Of a DNA stretch of 64,000 nt, positions 63,841 to 64,000 are shown one piece after another. The DNA is from a virus (lineage: Duplodnaviria; Caudoviricetes). The translations under genes and the position numbers were made by a program. Location: IMG/VR virus record IMGVR_UViG_3300020577_010873, positions 1-64,000 of that record. One strand, written 5' to 3'. Numbering within the stretch: the stretch's first letter is position 1; each line of letters starts with the position of its first letter. Below the pieces are notes generated by a model. It made no database searches. It saw only the letters and a list, made by a program, of their open reading frames with translations, and had not been told where the DNA came from.

Positions 63841-64000
63841 ACCTCATCCGCTACATCACCCGCCGCTGCTGGCGCCACGTCGAGATCGTCCAGGCGGGCA
63901 TCCGCGGCATGCGCTACCGACGTACCATCGGGGCTCCGTGGATCCGAGATGCACTCCTCCTTCCCATCCGCGCCCTCATGCTCTGGCGCACCACCACGCC

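Larger units (their letters stand above)
1..64000. mobile_element. Temperate tailed phage genome segment (podovirus-like), apparently unintegrated
   Basis: TerL, portal, capsid, nozzle, ejection proteins, integrase, RecT/RecE, DnaB and initiator; phage genes on both sides of the att-like site; no host housekeeping genes. Confidence 0.95.

Noticed and set aside
1-64000. Diversity-generating retroelement or retron
   Set aside because: No reverse transcriptase motifs (YxDD) and no template/variable repeat pair differing at adenines were seen

Overview
The window is almost entirely one GC-rich temperate tailed phage with a podovirus-like layout, and it appears to be unintegrated: phage genes lie on both sides of the integrase/att region and no host genes are seen. 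It has three blocks. (1) 228-10630: small accessory genes driven by a family of TTGACA-N17-TACAA(C/A) promoters. (2) 10401-49131: morphogenesis genes, mostly on the minus strand, comprising scaffold, HTH/TerS candidate, TerL, major capsid, a head-tail adaptor fused to a phosphatase, tailspikes, tail nozzle, three ejection proteins (one of 3651 aa), a tRNA-CAU, and a portal-glycosyltransferase cassette on the opposite strand. (3) 49746-64000: tyrosine integrase, a two-RHH switch, RecT/RecE, RNA ligase, SSB, methyltransferase, replication initiator, DnaB and small genes. The integrase, DnaB and SSB sequence styles and the A/C-rich non-Shine-Dalgarno leaders suggest a Verrucomicrobiota/PVC host (inference). 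The most notable observations are: a set of virion-surface proteins, including both tailspikes, that carry Sec-type signal peptides; a beta-clamp-like domain inside the giant ejection protein; an attP-like 5' half of tRNA-Ala(GGC) with its own promoter; and three unannotated structured-RNA candidates, one a multi-pseudoknot directly upstream of the RNA ligase. All protein family calls come from motif recognition by eye; no database searches were run.
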